In this document: positions 61,701 to 64,000 of the stretch, piece by piece
Layout of the letters: each line of letters opens with the position of its first letter
How positions within the stretch are numbered: the stretch's first letter is position 1
Source of the DNA: Pseudomonadota bacterium
GTDB taxonomy: Bacteria > Pseudomonadota > Alphaproteobacteria > Puniceispirillales > Marisalimonadaceae
Assembly (NCBI GenBank): GCA_028382005.1
Contig: JAOESH010000001.1
Span: 36,798 to 100,797, forward strand
DNA length: 64,000 nucleotides
Direction of reading: 5' to 3'
Program-made: the position numbers and the translations under genes
The notes under the pieces: model-generated
The model's input: only the letters and a program-made list of their open reading frames with translations
Database searches by the model: none
What the model was told of the DNA's origin: nothing

Positions 61701-62154
61701 AAATCAAAACTTTAAACAACTTTTTCAAAAATTGTTTGGTGGTGGTAATGCCGAATTAAGGTTAGTTGGAAATGAAGATCCACTTCAAGCTGGACTTGAA
61801 ATTCTAGCTAGTCCTCCAGGAAAAAAAATGCAGCTTCTATCTTTATTATCAGGAGGTGAACAAGCCTTGACAGCAATTTCATTAATTTTTTCAGTTTTTT
61901 TATGCAACCCGGCTCCGATTTGTATTTTAGATGAAGTTGATGCGTCACTTGATGATAGTAATGTTGGAAGATTTTGTGATTTATTAAACAAAATTGTTGA
62001 TGAGACTAATACTTATTTTATGATTATAACTCACCATAGGCTTACTATGGCAAAAATGGATAGACTTTTTGGAGTAACAATGGAACAAAAAGGAATAAGC
62101 AAACTAGTATCAGTTGATTTAGAGCAAGCTAGTAGAATTAGGAACACAGCGTAA
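58723..62154 (+). CDS. smc: Chromosome segregation protein SMC
   Basis: GPNGCGKSN, coiled coils, short alphaproteobacterial hinge (G.LWRWDG), LSGGE, LDEVDASLD. Confidence 0.95.
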   Translation: MKFQSVRISGFKSFLEPAEIQINDGLTGVVGPNGCGKSNIVEAIKWIMGENSARQMRGDGMDDVIFAGTNERPARNFAEVSIKLDNSEKKAPAIFNHHNEIEITRKIEREKGSVYRVNGKQVRARDIQLIFADSGTGARSSGIVSQGRIAQIIDANPEDRRMILEEAANIKGLHSRRHEAELKLKGASDNLDRLVDIEQNYKQQLIELEKQGRKAARYKSVGERIRKAEATLFLTLLNNAKIEFNDLNIQLNDANENVDGGQIEATRQTKFQLEILNKIPTLKKVEAEKAAILQSLNITKIRLEEEKSSAQNALDSITGQIALIKNDIEREFKIKEDAKTSLLNLTIEEKNLKEGTKNFSSKISKASELVKELKIKSDDADEKLSTITSKIYSIKSDKSDLEKRIKNLKEKIETAQNQLTNLNIDHDKTNFKLDEKKLTDIKKLIKENEKLSNMNKGELEKLEKLETGFIEEKNLTMFEVNKVNAELDSLSSLLGYDSLNQNTLEKTIDNINNLEEAIGSVLGETLLAPIFSKENAEEKTTYWRDDFKATLTSELPEHITPIISKTTKSSILDRALTGVGIVENKEIAFKLQKELTFGQALTTPKGGLWRWDGFVQPQGVQNSYSERLQQIARLRFLQNELPFLEKKQYSIENKLETSINNTEKCRENISNLQIKLSNLIAQSNELELQNTKLESKLSSSEILIKELKNTEFTSKKELSELEKEFNNSINLPSILAEELKVRNNVDQCRSELTDAMAGEQQIKSEESFQSRNLIQIGNQKENWKVREEEAKTRLILLEERLKISQDENNRLSTLPNSFAKKEEELNIKLENAVRNRNIAADELVKNETSLSQANKLVREGEKTVSSLREEMIKIESLLNLSKTKIQNIEDRVFEKLRIKSDELNKIINIKEEDQIYKSVEVLEKTVQRLLNEREILGAVNLRAEEEMKEMQSKIEVMLKERIDLEQAIVKLRSGIFELNKEGRSRLKESFEEVNQNFKQLFQKLFGGGNAELRLVGNEDPLQAGLEILASPPGKKMQLLSLLSGGEQALTAISLIFSVFLCNPAPICILDEVDASLDDSNVGRFCDLLNKIVDETNTYFMIITHHRLTMAKMDRLFGVTMEQKGISKLVSVDLEQASRIRNTA

Positions 62155-62181
62155 AAAAAATAATTTTTTACAAGTAAACTC

Positions 62182-62210
62182 TTGACTTATTGGTTAGCTC
62201 AAAATAGTTT
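62182..62210 (+). promoter_or_regulatory. Putative sigma70 promoter of the Fo atp operon
   Basis: TTGACT-N17-TAGTTT, 34 bp upstream of the atpI start. Confidence 0.5.
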
Positions 62211-62244
62211 AACATCGCTTATAACTCGTTAGTGAAAGTGTCAT

Positions 62245-62544
62245 ATGAGCTCATTAAATAAAAATGATAAACTTTCAGACAGAATTAATGCTGCTATAGC
62301 AAAAAAAGGAAATAAAAATAAAGATAATGAACATAACCAAAATTTATTAAATACTTTCTCTAGGGTAGCTACTGAATTGTTAGCTGGTTTGTTAATAGGA
62401 GGATGTATAGGCTGGACACTGGATAAATGGCTTAATACTAATCCTTGGTTATTAATACTTTTTTTCCTACTGGGAGGTGCCGCAGGGATTCTTAATTTGT
62501 GGAGAATTGTCAGCGGTAAAGGTCTAAAAATTGGTCACTTTTAA
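62245..62544 (+). CDS. atpI: AtpZ/AtpI family protein
   Basis: ELLAGLLIG..IGW.LDKWL.T.PW...FFLLG.AAG..N; precedes atpB. Confidence 0.88.
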   Translation: MSSLNKNDKLSDRINAAIAKKGNKNKDNEHNQNLLNTFSRVATELLAGLLIGGCIGWTLDKWLNTNPWLLILFFLLGGAAGILNLWRIVSGKGLKIGHF

Positions 62545-62566
62545 ATATTAATTAAAGAAGATAAAA

Positions 62567-63310
62567 ATGAATTCACCAGTAGAACAATTTACAATTAAAA
62601 CACTATTTGCCTTAAATTTTATGGGTATTGATATATCATTTACAAATGCATCACTATTTATGATGCTATCGGTTTTAGGTTCAGCCGGCTTTCTTTACTT
62701 TGGTGCTAGAAAAAAGACATTAGTGCCAAATAGATTTCAAGCTGTTGTAGAATTGTCTTACGAATTTGTTGCTAATATGGTCAAAGAAAATGCTGGTAAA
62801 GGTAGTCAGGTTTATTTTCCCTTTATATTTACTCTTTTCATGTTCATTTTATTTGGAAACATGCTTGGAATGATACCATATAGTTATACTTTTACATCTC
62901 AAATAGCAGTAACGTTTACACTTGCAGCAATAATCTTCCTAGGAGTAACTATTATTGCCTTATTTAAACATGGTTTCAAATTTTTTACTTACTTCTTTCC
63001 ATCAGGCGTTCCAATTGGATTAGCACCTCTTTTAATTCCAATTGAGATAATTTCATATTTTATTCGCCCAATAAGTTTATCAGTTAGGCTATTTGCTAAT
63101 ATGCTTGCTGGCCACACAATGATGAAAGTGTTTGCAGGTTTAATAATAATGATGGGGTCAGCAAGTGGAATTTTAAAAATTGGAGCCATCTTACCTTTAA
63201 TGGCGGTAATAGGATTAACAGGACTTGAGTTTCTTGTTGCCGCTTTGCAAGCTTACGTTTTTAGTATCTTAACCTGTATGTATCTTCATGATGCCTTACA
63301 CTTACATTAA
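62567..63310 (+). CDS. atpB: ATP synthase Fo subunit a
   Basis: [23 protein letters not shown]. Confidence 0.97.
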   Translation: MNSPVEQFTIKTLFALNFMGIDISFTNASLFMMLSVLGSAGFLYFGARKKTLVPNRFQAVVELSYEFVANMVKENAGKGSQVYFPFIFTLFMFILFGNMLGMIPYSYTFTSQIAVTFTLAAIIFLGVTIIALFKHGFKFFTYFFPSGVPIGLAPLLIPIEIISYFIRPISLSVRLFANMLAGHTMMKVFAGLIIMMGSASGILKIGAILPLMAVIGLTGLEFLVAALQAYVFSILTCMYLHDALHLH

Positions 63311-63351
63311 TTCATAACTTAAATTATATTAATCAACGAAAGGAAATAAAA

Positions 63352-63579
63352 ATGGAAATGGATGCCGCAAAATTAATAGGAGCAGGATTAGCTGTTATTG
63401 CACTAGCAGGAGTTGGAGTAGGAATTGGAAATATTTTTGCATCATTAGTTACAGCCGTTGGAAGAAATCCTGCGGCAAAAAATGAAGTTTTTGGAATAGC
63501 AATTTTAGGTTTTGCATTGACAGAGGCTGTTGCATTATTTGCATTGGTTATAGCCTTACTCCTTCTTTTTACATTCTAG
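63352..63579 (+). CDS. atpE: ATP synthase Fo subunit c
   Basis: GxGxGxG, RNP, FALTEA. Confidence 0.97.
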   Translation: MEMDAAKLIGAGLAVIALAGVGVGIGNIFASLVTAVGRNPAAKNEVFGIAILGFALTEAVALFALVIALLLLFTF

Positions 63580-63592
63580 ATTATATAAACTG

Positions 63593-63622
63593 TTTACCTG
63601 CAGGATTAATTCTGCAGGTAAA
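63593..63622. other. Stem-loop between atpE and the b' gene
   Basis: tttacctgcag-ga-ttaa-tt-ctgcaggtaaa: 11-bp perfect inverted repeat, followed by an A-tract rather than a T-tract on the + strand. Confidence 0.7.
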
Positions 63623-63641
63623 AAATTAAAAAGATTATAAT

Positions 63642-64000
63642 ATGTCATACTTTATAAAGTTATTTTTTTATTTTACTTTGATTAGTTCTAACATTGTATA
63701 TGCAAATGATACAAAAGCTGGGCTTCCTCAATTAGATTTAAGCACATATCCGTCTCTCATGTTTTGGGCAGTAATATCATTAATTATTGGATATTTTTTG
63801 ATGAGTTACGTGGTTACTCCAAATATACAATCAATTATAAATTTAAGAGAGACCAATATACAAAATGATCTAGTAAAGGCTAAAGCCTCCAATCAAGAGA
63901 ATGAAAAGATTAAACTAAGCATAATGAACCATCAAAAAGAGATAAAATTAAGATCACAAAAACTTATTAATGAAGCTCTATCTGTTTCTAAACTAGATAT
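63642..64000 (+). CDS. atpG: ATP synthase Fo subunit b' (partial, runs off the window)
   Basis: Hand translation MSYFIKLFF...AGLPQLDLSTYPSLMFW...P.IQSIINLRE..I.NDL.KA, matching the MPQLD...FW b' motif. Confidence 0.88.
   Translation, partial: MSYFIKLFFYFTLISSNIVYANDTKAGLPQLDLSTYPSLMFWAVISLIIGYFLMSYVVTPNIQSIINLRETNIQNDLVKAKASNQENEKIKLSIMNHQKEIKLRSQKLINEALSVSKLD

Noticed and set aside
1884-63189. Numerous 60-140 aa antisense or alternate-frame ORFs in the track (e.g. 6947-7273, 31136-31462, 37671-37886, 47741-48163, 60591-60953)
   Set aside because: They lie within or opposite well-supported genes and have no recognisable motifs; typical shadow ORFs
1-64000. tRNA, rRNA or riboswitch genes
   Set aside because: Intergenic gaps are short and very AT-rich, with no cloverleaf/T-loop or conserved riboswitch cores seen by eye; an Infernal/tRNAscan run would be decisive

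Overview
AT-rich (roughly 30% GC by eye), densely packed chromosomal window from a streamlined alphaproteobacterium. Gene order is Rhodospirillales/SAR116-like; the taxon is an inference. Most of it is core genome: nrdJ with tandem NrdR boxes and DnaA boxes, clpS-clpA, a LexA-boxed umuDC, pdxH, fabI-aroC, xseB-ispA-dxs-tlyA, helicase-S4-fdxA-carD, a contiguous ccmABCDEFGHI operon (ccmD is missing from the ORF track), dusA, metY, pgi, rsmB-heparinase-like-purH, mutY/dciA-dsbA-smc and the start of the Fo ATP synthase operon. I saw no rRNA, tRNA, CRISPR array, integrase or IS element. The best candidate for an undescribed system is at 31350-33098: a passenger-less inverse-autotransporter (intimin/invasin-type) beta-barrel gene, interrupted by a 1-nt frameshift at a GGGAAAAA run and translationally coupled to a separately secreted 8-cysteine beta-rich protein. 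This suggests a split, two-partner type Ve surface system. Also notable are an oxalyl-CoA synthetase/oxalyl-CoA reductase-like pair (possible oxalate assimilation), an uncharacterised catabolic cluster around the barrel pair, and an (ATCTA)7 microsatellite in a divergent promoter region.
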